NCBI GenBank assembly: GCA_023920165.1
Contig: CP089274.1
Coordinates: 4,898,001 to 4,962,000, forward strand
Direction: 5' to 3'
Source: Curvularia clavata
Lineage: Eukaryota
DNA: 64,000 nt
The number at the start of each line of letters is the position of its first letter. Position 1 is the stretch's first letter. This document shows positions 23,901 to 34,099 of the stretch, in pieces. Under the pieces are notes generated by a model that made no database searches, was not told where the DNA came from, and saw only the letters and a program-made list of their open reading frames with translations. The position numbers were made by a program, and so were the translations under genes.

Positions 23901-24478
23901 CCGGCGAGTTGCTTGACCAAGGCCACAGCGCCCGTGTCGCGCAGCGCATCTTGTATGTTCTCGTCGCTCGCAAAATGCAGGTTGCCGGGGACTTTTGCTG
24001 TCTCGGCGGGAGTGTCATCAAATAGCGCAGTCCGATCTCTGGTCGAGGAGGAAGCGGCAACCAGGCTCCCGACTATCTGCTGAGTCGACTTGGTGACTCT
24101 CCTGACTGTGGATGTTGGGGCAGCAGCCTTTGTAAAATCGGGCGGGGGGATGGCCTTGACCGTGTCAGGAGAGGCAGTTGGGCCACTGGCTGGGTCCTTG
24201 AAGTCGTCTGGGGCGGGAGTGGATCGGAACCAGCCGTTGAGGCGGCCCTGGACTGGTGAGGCATCTGGACTAGGCGACAGTGAGGGGAATGAGGTGAGGC
24301 TCTTTGTGTCGACTTCAGACTCGGGACCTCTGCTGCGGCTACGGCTCAGAGACGGATTTGAAGGGCGCTTGGAGGGGCGCACACGCTGCAGGCTGCGGTT
24401 CCTCGGGCTGGACAGGGTCGACGTCTGCGAGGCAGTCCGCACGAGATCAGCGGCGCGGGGGTTGTCGATGGCGGCCAT
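20951..24478 (-). CDS. TBC-domain Rab GTPase-activating protein with N-terminal coiled coil
   Basis: Intronless 1175-aa ORF. TBC motifs LVLGGIPVHMRAAIW, QIQMDITRT (Arg finger), GYCQGMN (Gln finger), EDAFW, FQWFLSVF, RVWD. Confidence 0.92.
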   Translation of the reverse strand: MAAIDNPRAADLVRTASQTSTLSSPRNRSLQRVRPSKRPSNPSLSRSRSRGPESEVDTKSLTSFPSLSPSPDASPVQGRLNGWFRSTPAPDDFKDPASGPTASPDTVKAIPPPDFTKAAAPTSTVRRVTKSTQQIVGSLVAASSSTRDRTALFDDTPAETAKVPGNLHFASDENIQDALRDTGAVALVKQLAGDLAQRDAQITALRRRAEERERMLRKMLQECEVSNMDIENRLRELDRTKEQGNGLTKTRTRGDSASAGLHPDDSMEDRLARAMEDELAEHPDALGIDMGNAAYPADVMSLNSVSSDVPRDGPKSNWKSYIWTGTSRKSSRAPSIASHVEREIDSLPAGTRSRASSGAKLPRKPLANDTFVPPSGSAAAPALRRLNSQDPSGDGPTRRSSSTSLASWALKMVAGNSAASPNKAGTVRGRKSTASDAADRAPSMDSTRTAQSAKSSLASTQKRGRALGPNGTIKSIAGEQPKAVSSNLGPSQPARGLSNLGPVEMDRILPEESRPPTLVHQHNRFVGSSEYLTDRFGFIYDQRRKKRQSEAAAALVKQKRSSNVESLSDNRTALNNLAKGDDVDHVEGDMLTGDQASGVVRPSSADSEDQSSQPASKTWADYLKLATHPTELLSHTPSAAPITTVESAEGETSSFKIGQSQITLMKRGSVPTTSVNPEPSPSRIVSGNAEISVTATSPGPSTPISPYPNQMDPVQSLLEQMSELHDNLQKERTVKWNDFLRKVRAQNKREGEVASTGENGKGTNAMPETFLADGELVGIAGLGNKGKVGRAKWQEFRRLVLGGIPVHMRAAIWAEGSGALHLRTPGYYEDLVNNGEDDPTIATQIQMDITRTLTDNIFFRTGPGVQKLQEVLLAYSRRNPEVGYCQGMNLIAACLLLIMPTPEDAFWVLTAMIEEILPQHYYDQHLLTSRADQSVLRQYVAEILPRLSAHLDELEIELEALTFQWFLSVFTDCLSAEALFRVWDIVLCMHDGSTFLFQIALALLKLNEKALLQCDTPAGVYHYINHQMTNHAISIDGLIQASDALGKVIKRKDVEERRAKAVAHERELMRQREEARQERARKRASKASGDAETSSSSSLPPPATTITQPEESDAKSLSASLDGELAMQTSPMRTPLSRASKRSEEEEDAEFMNSNLELASRLPTTPMGEEAMWRA

Positions 24479-24975
24479 GTGTGCAGAGGGTGCTGGTGAG
24501 AGCGCACATTCGGGTCGTCTTTGTGGGCGAGGGAGAATGTTTGTGTGTTTGTGTACGTGTGGATGCGGTTGTGCGTGTGTGTGCGTGTAGTGCGGAGAGG
24601 GTGCGTCATATGCGGATCTCGCGACGGCCTAATACTGGCCGCCCACGATGCTGCCCCGTCGCACTGCGTCTAGATATGCGGCACCACTGGCACCAACAGA
24701 GGCTTGGGGCTCAGGGGGCAGCCCAAGCACGCGGCCGACGAGTATAGGCAGATTGCTCGTCGTGCAAGGGGCAGCCGCAGATACAGGCACTCTGGCCCAG
24801 CCGTGGCAGCCCTACGGCGCCATGCGCGTGCCCGACGCCAGTCGAACCGACACCCCGGTCACCACCATAGCGGGCGTGGCTGTGGCGGTACAGGGCGACA
24901 ATAGGGCTGCTGGGGCCCGGCTCAGTTGCCCAGCATGTAATGTGTACATACACATGTATGTAACAGACAAGCTCC

Positions 24976-26142
24976 ATGCCCGTCACCGACCACGACGCCG
25001 CCCTGCAAGCCATTGCCGCCCTGGAGCAGCCCTCTCCCGCCCAGCTGGATGCCCTGCACGCCATCACCGCCATCCTGCATAACGGCGAGCCTTTTGTCGA
25101 CGTCCACAACCTCTTCGCCCTCTACGACACGCTCTACTTTCGAAACCTGCTCCTGTCCCGCGTCGAGGTGCTGTGGTCTCCGCGTCTAACTTTAGTATGT
25201 TTCTCTCTGCGCTTCATGCTTTGTTTTCCATCTGTCTCACACACGGCTTCCTGAAGCCGGCCCTTGTCATCCTCTACCCGCGCCGTCGCCCCACCTGCTG
25301 ACCTTCGCTGATTGTCGCTGTAGTGCGCTGGCATTTGTGAGCTCTCTAAGGACCCCTCCACAGGCAAATGGACACGAATCCGGTTGAAACTAAGCACTCC
25401 CCTGTTGCAGTATCGCCCGCGCTCTGATACCATCAACACGCTGCTACACGAGGCTATTCATGCTTACTTCTTCGTCACCACCTCGTGGAAGCACTCGCGT
25501 GGTGATGATGGTACCGGCCATGGCGAGGGCTTCCAACTGCTTGCTGATGCCATCAACAGCCATGGCAACTACCAAGTCACCATCTACCACACCTTTCACG
25601 ATGAGGTAGATAGCTATCGGACTCATGTTTGGAAATGCGATGGACCTTGCCAGACTCAGCCTCCGTACTTTGGTCTCGTCAAGCGAAGTATGAATCGCGC
25701 CCCCGGGAAGAGTGACTCCTGGTGGGTAAAACACCAAGCCGAGTGCGGAGGCGCCTTCACCAAAATCCAGGAACCGGCTCCGACAAAGAAACAGCTGCAA
25801 TCCATGAGCACAAAGGAGCGTGCTGGAAGACAAAAGAACAAGATCGACGCCTGGATCACGACCGCGTCAGCAAAACAACCCCAAGGTAGCACACGTGACA
25901 GCCCGATTGATCTTCGCGACGAAAAACCCTTGACTGGGCCCTCGAACACTAAGAACCCGGCAAGTTCGGTGACCCAGGACTGTGTTTCCCCAGCCTCTCG
26001 GGCTACAGGCCAGAAACGGGTGCGGCCGGACCAGGAACAAGCTGCAGCTATGCCGAAGAAGCTCCTTGTGGAATGTCCCATTTGCAGTTTAGCCATGGCC
26101 GAATCAGAAATCAACCATCATCTGGATATAGCGCATTGCTGA
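24976..26142 (+). CDS. SprT-like (Spartan/DVC1-type) zinc metalloprotease with C-terminal UBZ4-type zinc finger
   Basis: Exon 24976-25194, intron 25195-25323 (GTATGT...TAG), exon 25324-26142. WSPRLTLCAGIC, LLHEAIHAY (HExxH), HGEGF, YHTFHDEVDSYRTHVWKCDGPC, PPYFGLVKRSMNRAP, WWVKHQAECGG; C-terminal CPIC-x11-HLD. Confidence 0.92.
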
Positions 26143-26530
26143 ACGCCTGTCGGACGCTTGGTAAAACCAGACAATCAAAACAAGCTCGCCTACAAAGACA
26201 AGCCATCAACACAGCAATAATACATCACTGTGACAGCTACCGCTACTTTTAAAAGTAGACTTGTAAGTGCTAGGAACACAGCAAACCGTAACAGACTAGG
26301 ATAGCTACCACTACTTTTGATAGTAGGGTGGGACGGGTTTGTAGGCTGCTTAATATCCGGTTTCACCAGTCGTACGAGAGCCGCGTCGACCTTGCCTGCC
26401 AGTCCCAAATAGGATGGGTTACTTTGGACCCTGATTCTTACGTCATCAACACTACCTTGTTTTGACATCCTCTTGAGCTTTAGACTTGCAGATTTTGAAT
26501 GGTATGCTCTTTCGTCTTATCCGCAGAGCC

Positions 26531-27229
26531 ATGGAGTCGTCCAATACACAACCCTTGCCCTCAGGACACTCTTCCCTTCTCAAGCTTCCCGCAGAACTGC
26601 GCTATGAAATCTACGACTACCTCGGTCCCTGGGAACACAAAAGCTACCCTTTCGGCAGACTTATAGTTTCCTCCATCGACCGCAGAGCTCCACCAACAGC
26701 CCTCATAGCAACATGTCGTTATCTACACGACGACATCCTCAACCACTTCTACAACACCGCCACCATCTGTACCGCTCCTCAAATAATACCAGGTGACTGG
26801 CCTGCCTACGCCGACGCCATTACAACCCTTGCTCTTCGGCGAATCAAGAAAATGGAACTGAGACTTTACTGGCATGATCGGCACAAGAAGCTCTCCAGTC
26901 AAGAGTTATATGCCGATGCTGGTACTTGTCTGAATAGTATGATTGTGTTTCTCCAACGAGAGGCGAAGAACCTACGCACTATAACTGTATCGCTGAGTGA
27001 TATACTGTCCGTGGATTGGGAGATCAACAAGAGGTTACTGGAACCACTGAAAGACTTGGTTCCGCGAGTGGTGTTACGCTTGGGTGAGGTAATAGGCTTA
27101 GATGATGAAAAGGAGGCCAGACTGAGAGAACTATTACAGCTGCATCTGGACGCTCTCAACGAGACTCTCCCACAACCAGTAGAAGCCGAGGATCCAAAAC
27201 AAGCTGTCAACACAGTAAACAATGAATGA
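26531..27229 (+). CDS. F-box-like domain protein, lineage-specific type
   Basis: Single exon from ATG 26531. N-terminal SLLKLPAELRYEIYDY followed by ALIATCRYLHDD, the usual fungal F-box-like pattern. Confidence 0.75.
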   Translation: MESSNTQPLPSGHSSLLKLPAELRYEIYDYLGPWEHKSYPFGRLIVSSIDRRAPPTALIATCRYLHDDILNHFYNTATICTAPQIIPGDWPAYADAITTLALRRIKKMELRLYWHDRHKKLSSQELYADAGTCLNSMIVFLQREAKNLRTITVSLSDILSVDWEINKRLLEPLKDLVPRVVLRLGEVIGLDDEKEARLRELLQLHLDALNETLPQPVEAEDPKQAVNTVNNE

Positions 27230-27366
27230 ACTGTGACAACTATGGCTACTTCTAAACACAATGAACTTACTATGATATTGTTGTTTAAGGACGCCATATT
27301 CTAATCTCACCAGTTGTGGGAAAGACGAGCTACCAGCCGAAACGAAGAACAGAAACCAATAGCCAC

Positions 27367-28327
27367 CTAGATAGCCCGTCTCAAATAATGACTCGTTCCC
27401 TGATAGCTCTCCGATGCAGCCCTCTCTTCGTCCTCACTGCCCATGCGCTTCCAAACACGCCCCATCACATCCATCATCACATCCACCTCCATCTCCTCAC
27501 CCGCCTCCATCCCGAGCGCTTTCCACTCTTCTCTCAGTCCCGCCTGCGCATACAGCATTCTAGCCTCCCTCGTCTGCATACTCTTTGGCACATTCTTCTT
27601 CGGTGCCCCCGTGAAACGCTCATCCTTCACCTCGTCCTTCTCCACCCACCCCGCGCCCTCGAAATAATCAATATTCAGGTGTTTCATTATGCGATCGTGC
27701 TTCGCCTGCCGCTTACGCATAGACGCCTCATCGTTCGCACCGTCACCCAACAGAGCGCGGATGTGCTCTGCACGCGCTAGCACGTCCGGCGTCGAGAGCA
27801 TGGTAGCTAGGTTACCTGAGGACATTCCTGTTGGGAGGGAAGGCAGGCGCGGGTGCAATGGCGATGGAGTGAATAAATCCAGCTTAGAGAGACGCGTTTG
27901 GTCTTTTGCTTCTGTCATGGTCTGATTGCTTGGTTAGCAGACTGTACTTTCAAATTGATTCTCAACTTGGCTTTGAGATAATAAAAAAACATACCATTTT
28001 CGCAAACTCCTTCTTGTCGCATGCGATACAGCATGCCAGTATCGGGTAGAAGCACGCCTTCCTCTTGCTGCTCTTCTTGCAAAAATAGCACATGTCCCGT
28101 AGCCACTTACGGCGACAGACAGTCACCCAGGCGGTTTTCGAGCGCTCAATGCCCGCGTCTCGAATGAGGCGGCCGCGCGCATATTCCTCGACGGTTGCCC
28201 GTAGGTGCCGGTTGGTGGCCGCCAGCTCATTCAGCGGGTATGTAGTCAGGTTGAGGCAATGGATGGGGTCGGTGTAAGAGAGGATGTGGAAGAGGATTTC
28301 CAAGGGCAAGTCCTCAAGGCGTGTCAT
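27367..28327 (-). CDS. F-box protein with Cys4 zinc site and XPA/Rad14-like DNA-binding region
   Basis: ATG 28327; intron 27994-27922 (GTATGT...GCTAAC...CAG). F-box LEDLPLEILFHILSY...LAATNRHLR, then CYFC-x16-CIAC and KMTMTEAKDQTRLSKLDL. Confidence 0.8.
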
Positions 28328-30197
28328 GCTGGTCGCGGTTGTTTGTTTGCCTGGCGATGGTGTTGAGAGGTGCTTTGGCAGTGAAAGACTCTTTTATCAA
28401 ACCGGTGAGACCGGAAAATTAAAACAGCGAGACATCCCCAAAGACAAGGTATCAACACAGTAAATCAGTCGCAGTAACTGTCCAACCCTGCCTAGAGTTC
28501 TAGCAGTTTATGACGGTGGTAGTTTGTGATGTGAAGTGGATGTTTCTCTGATGTCACGATGGAGAAGATGTTGTTGAGGGCCCCTGTTGCGTTGCACGCG
28601 CCGCCCCGGAGTCGCGTTGTATCTAGGGTCCACGCGGGGCAGGGGTACCCCGCCCCGACGTCATCCTCCGTGCTTTCTCCCCTGTGTACTATGCGATACT
28701 TTCTTTTCTGCTCATCTAAGTTTCGACGCGTGATGCTTTCACCGGTTTTTGAACGCACAGGATTCGTAAGCCTCGGCTGTGCGAACTGGCCCAAGTGCCC
28801 CTGGGCGTTTGCAATAAGGTACACACACCGTTTGTCAGGATTTTGAGTTACGGACGCCAGATTCCGGATCTCAGCATGGATCAAGGGCGCGTACGACCTT
28901 GAGCTTCCTCACGATACCCACTTGTCGAGTCTTAGCTATGCTGCCAAGGATGACTCTTTGACTGGGTACAACGGGCCGACTGCGCATCGAGATGCGGGAC
29001 GATCGGTACAAGCTCTTGGGTCCCACGAGTCGCTCCGAACATGCGCATCCTGGGTGGAGTCAATTCGCTCGCAGCCTTGAATGCAGCCGCGAAGGTGATC
29101 ATAAGCGAGCCAAGAGACCTCTTGGCCTCGCTGTCCAAAATATCCTAGCGGAGGAACATGTTCATCGCTAATCAGCTTTAATCGCTGGCTCCGACGATGT
29201 CGAGTATCGTCACCACGCCCATGCCAACCCTGTTGGCGCCATCCAACGAAGAATGGTGCCAGATATTCACCTGACCTATTCCTCCTACTTGGTTGTCGCT
29301 TGGGGTGCAGTCCCGAGATATCAACGGCGATAGGTGATTTGCCGTGCTGTCTAACCGTTTTAGGGCAGTGATGGACGAGCCAGCGGCCTGGCACACTGAC
29401 ACAGTCCCGGAGAGTGCCCTGGTGGCTTTGTCCAAAACGACACTGCCAAATGCCGCCTTTGAAACACTAAGGCCATGCACAAACTCCATAGACGGATCCA
29501 ATCAACATGCCAAACCGCAGTCCCGTCATGACCTTGGCGTCGTTGGCTGCATGCGTCCCTCGTTGCTTGGTCATTGAACTGGTCCACCCGGATGCAGTCG
29601 CTCCAAAAAGAGACAGTTGCTTCCTGTCGGTCCTTCGCGAGGCGAGCCTGCGGTGCGGGTGTTTGAGTCGGCTGGGCTGGCGAGCACCACGCCACAACGG
29701 TCCCGCGACATCGTGCAGTCATTCGGCTTGATACGCGTCGTTGCCCGCCTTTACCAAGGCCTGGAAGTATTTATTTAGATTATACGGAGTGCCCCGAGTG
29801 GAGCTAGGAAAAGAATAAAAGGGCAAATAAGGGGCGTGTACACGAACGTGGACCACGTCGGGGAACAGGCGGACGGAAGACTACTGCGTTGCGCAATTCC
29901 CTTACTTCTAGTCTGGCCCATAAAGCCCATGTAAGCCCGCCTGTCGTTTATGGACCTTTCCCTCACATTTGACCTTCCACTCAACTTTGAAGCCACCCTG
30001 CGAGCCACTGTACAGCTGCGCCACATCTTCGGATTGTGAGTGGGACATACTGTCTGCAGGATTACTTTAGCAGTGCTGCACTAGCCCTTATCCAGCCCCA
30101 TAATTCAGTTGCTCTCCGCAACCTGCAGCCCCTCTGAGAGGTGCATTGCTTTGCATGTCACTTCTACCTGCATCCAGTCGAGACGCTCTTAATCAAT

Positions 30198-30858
30198 ATG
30201 GCTCATCGCCCAACCCGATCCGCAGGCGGCTCAAATGGCTCCGCCTACCATGGAGGAAGTAGGCCGGTAAGGAGATATGTTTTTTGCACTGGTTCTGATG
30301 GCTAACAAGATGCAGTCTGTCTCGGAGACCACTCAACCTACTTCATATACAAGAGGCCAGCAATACAACCCGCAAGACGACACGCATTACATCGAAGTAC
30401 TTCGCCCGCCGCGACACGACCACAGGCGTTTGGAAAGGTTGATGAATAATCCGGCTTTTCAGACGGGATCAGATTCATCGTATGGAGCACGCAACGCATC
30501 TCCACATGGAGAAGACGAGGGGTGGTACTCGTTCGGCAACATGCTCAGCACACCCCACGCTCGCCAAACACAGTCTGGCGAAGCGAACAGAGCCCAACCT
30601 GCAGGGCCCTCGTCCTACGCGCCGCAAATCATGCGCCGAACACCTGAACACGATTACAGCGAGCCCTACAACGCTGTGGGGTTTGTTCGACGCGACGGGC
30701 GAGTCCACGACAATGCTGAGGTGTACGAAGAGTACAGGCCATACGAGCAAGTGGACAGATTTGACGAGAACCGAAGCGAAGCGTGGACTAATGTGTCTTT
30801 CCCACGACTGGTGAAGCCGGAGAATGGCAACGCACAAAACCACCGCTTTCAGAAGTAG
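30198..30858 (+). CDS. Hypothetical low-complexity protein (about 203 aa)
   Basis: ATG 30198; phase-0 intron 30267-30315 (GTAAGG...GCTAAC...CAG) joins in frame to the ORF ending at TAG 30858. No recognisable domain. Confidence 0.65.
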
Positions 30859-33800
30859 CTGTTATTGTCACAGCTATCTTTTATCGTGTTGACAGCGGAG
30901 GTGGGCTCGTTTTGATTTTCCGGTTTTACTGGTTGTGGGAGGGCGTGGTATACCGATACGCCTTGCTGGGCTGAGTAGAATGGCAGTTGGGAGGTCTAAC
31001 CAAAGCCTTATATGATTATTGAGGCAGTCACCGGAAGAGGCTATCTTTCAAGCATTCGGCACACCATTTCTTTCACGAGCTTACATTGAGATGATCATTC
31101 GGCTATTCTTTTCTTTGGGGTCCACAGCCGCCTCTGGGTCTAAGCCACTGACTCAGCCTGCTTCAGCCTGGTGGCTAGTGGTTGGCTCAACTTTTCCTCA
31201 TCACGTTGGGGTTTTACTGTTTGTCCCGTAGCATTTATTTTTCTCATCGTATCATGAATGACACGTTTTTTTTTTTCAATTCAAATTGGTGGTGAATCGA
31301 ACACTCGGAGTTGAATGACTTGCCTCGCCGTTTTCGCTGTCGCGGCCTCTGGTCTGAGGTGCCCCCTGAGGGCGGTGACGTGCCCCGAAATCCGCACTCT
31401 GTGAGCCGCACACATTTGCGCACCTGACGTGCAACGAAGCTCACCGGTGCGCCGATCGAGTCTTGCCTCGTGATAATTCTGCTCACCGGAAGCTACAGGG
31501 AGATGGTCGGCGAGGAGGACTCCCGTCACCAGCACAGAGGCATTAGCCTGAAACATGCTACTATCTTGAGAGTCGATAGTCTGTTGTTGGGAGATTGATC
31601 ATTGATGCGTTGGCACATGCATGGCCAGTCAATGGTTTGGAGGACTTCACAGCTCGGGCTGGCGGAGAGTCAGAGAGTCCTTCGATCTTTCTGTCGGTGT
31701 GATGAAGTTGCCACAAGGCGGAAATTACGCTCTATCCTTGGGGACAAAGCTAATCCAAGTAGGTAAGATCTTGATTTTGGTCTGATGCTGTATTTGGGGC
31801 GGTTCCTCTGAACATGTGATAGACGCGGGGAGGCTTTACCAATCAGTCTGGAGGACAAGCAAGAGGGGATGGAGGGCCGTGCTTGTGGGGTCCTGCAGGC
31901 AGGCAACCGACCTGAATCCTGAATGCGGCACACATGCACATGTGTAGACGGCATACCTCATGGTAAAGGGCACCGTGACGTGGGCGGCTCTGTTGACGAT
32001 TGGCCATTGGCACAAGTCCCGCTCCCAGTCCAAGTACCGAGGCGGGACTAAGGGTCTGCAGCTGGGCACCTGGGATATTGTTAGCTTGCCCCAGGGACTT
32101 TTTAGCCGCCCCCAAATCTTTTCAGACCTTATCGCGCAGCGTGGCCGCAGTATCAATCTTGCAGTCGAGATTCAGTGACGGGACAGGGACATGGAGAACG
32201 AGAACTGGCCATACCGATGACGCAACCGATCGGCCAGTCGAGGCCATGGCACGTTCCACTGAACCCGAAGCGCCGAGCCGCTCCCTTGGTGTCCGTTTGT
32301 CTAAAAAAAAGGCGGGGCGGCTACCCCAGTCGCACTAAGCCCGATTCGAAGCCCCCACCACCACCTCCTCGTCCTCCTCTTTTTGATAGTATGCACGGCG
32401 GGCGCTTGTTTGTTTCGTTCTGAACATCGTGGGGGCCGTCAACAATTTCGTGCGCTGCACGCTCGGGAATCGGTCCTACAGGGAGGCCGCCCCCTCTGCC
32501 GCCGGCCTCAGAGCGCTAGGCTAGCTTTCACAATATGCACGCTGACTTGCGGCTGGAGCATGTGGTGTGCATCATGATGATACCCTGTAAGAGCGCAAAG
32601 TGTCAAGTCCCGGAGGACTCCACACAGGTGGTGGCTATCCTGGCTTGATAGGGACTTTCGAGGCAGCCCAATGTCATGCATCCGCCATGCTTGACAGCGC
32701 TGTCACCCTGCCTGTCGGCTGCAGGCTGCAGGCTGCAGGACTCCCTAGCCTATCGAAGAGACGCACCAGGTAGTGGAGTTTCCCTGACAGATTCCAAGAG
32801 GCTGGTAATGGGCCACCAGGAAACTTTGCGCTTGACCTCTCTGGCGGCGTTCTACCACAGTTCCTACTGGCTGCCCAGATATTCAATGTTGCTAGAGTCC
32901 CACATCGACACATTACACATACGCGCGCATATTCAACTCTTTTGCAAGGCGAACTCCAAGGCAGAAACGATTGGCACTAGGCCTCCGAATTTCCTTACCG
33001 GTGACTTTATCCCGAAGCCTCGGGTCATTTTCTGGGGCCGACGGTGCAGCTGAAAAGTCGTTGTCGGCAGTTCGTGGCAGTGCAATCTGTAGTTTGGTAT
33101 AATAATGCAATGAAGAATGCCGTCTAATTGTTTCTGAAAAGGTTTCGCGTTTTTCAAGTTTCTTTACCTCGTTTACGGTCGCGCGTCTTGAAGTCCAGTG
33201 ACTTTGGAGGTTGGTATACGGCAACCGGCCAGCCAAAACCGTCGTCCTGCGCCAAAAGTTGTTCGCCTCTTTGCGTTTTCCTGCCGGCCTCTCGATTTTC
33301 CCGCTGCCGCTGTCAGGGTGCTATCGTACGTTTCGACCAAAGGACCATTACTACCTCTTTCGCCGCCAGTGCCCCGCCTGAAGATCGCTTCACTTTCGAG
33401 AGACATGTTGGAGGCCGCCCCCAACAACCAATGCCCTTTTCCGGCAGCCGGTGTCCGGAAAAGGCCTAGATGAGCTTGGTGCCTCAGGCGCCGATTGGAT
33501 ATCTCCGCAAAGCGGGGTCACTATCTGCGTAATATCAGGACTCCGGCCGTGTTCCTTGCTTTTTCTAGTTCGCCGGAGGACTATGCTGGAGGACATCGCC
33601 GACTCACCGTGCCCTCTTCCACTAGCAACCTCACGATAGTAGGCCACAAGGCAACGACAATAACAACTAGTCCACACGGCACCTTCCCTTATCCCCGACT
33701 GACTCGAAACAGCGTACTAAGTGGTTGTAACCTGGTCTTCTCAAATGAAGTCGTCATGGGCACACGAATATAAGCAAAGGGCAACCACAAGTCCTCCAGC

Positions 33801-34099
33801 GCCTTTTTGCCTTTTTGCCTTCTGCTTGAAAGTTTAATTGCGACACCATGGTATTGGCGGGTTGCAACAAGGGTCATGTCAGGACTCTGGACGCGTATGC
33901 TGGCCGTGGATTGCATCTCTATGGGCAACTGTCGTACGACTTTGTGGCCAGATGTACAGTCCTTGAGGAGCATACAGGACGACGTCTGCTGACAGTCCTG
34001 ATTTTACTTGAATGGTGTTGATTTAGATAAGGTCCTCCATGATCGCAGACGTGAAGTTGCCGCATATCTTTCAGGCCGTCCCCCGCTCCAGTTTCGAAG

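Larger units (their letters stand above)
26160..28463 (+). repeat. Three diverged direct copies of a ~60-95 bp sequence: A 26160-26253, B 27195-27256, C 28404-28463
   Basis: A/B: ctgtgacagctaccgctacttttaaa vs ctgtgacaactatggctacttctaaa (22/26), plus shared caaaacaagct and tcaacacag. A/C: ggtaaaaccagacaatcaaaaca vs ggtgagaccggaaaattaaaaca, and caaagacaagccatcaacacagcaa vs caaagacaaggtatcaacacagtaa. Confidence 0.75.
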
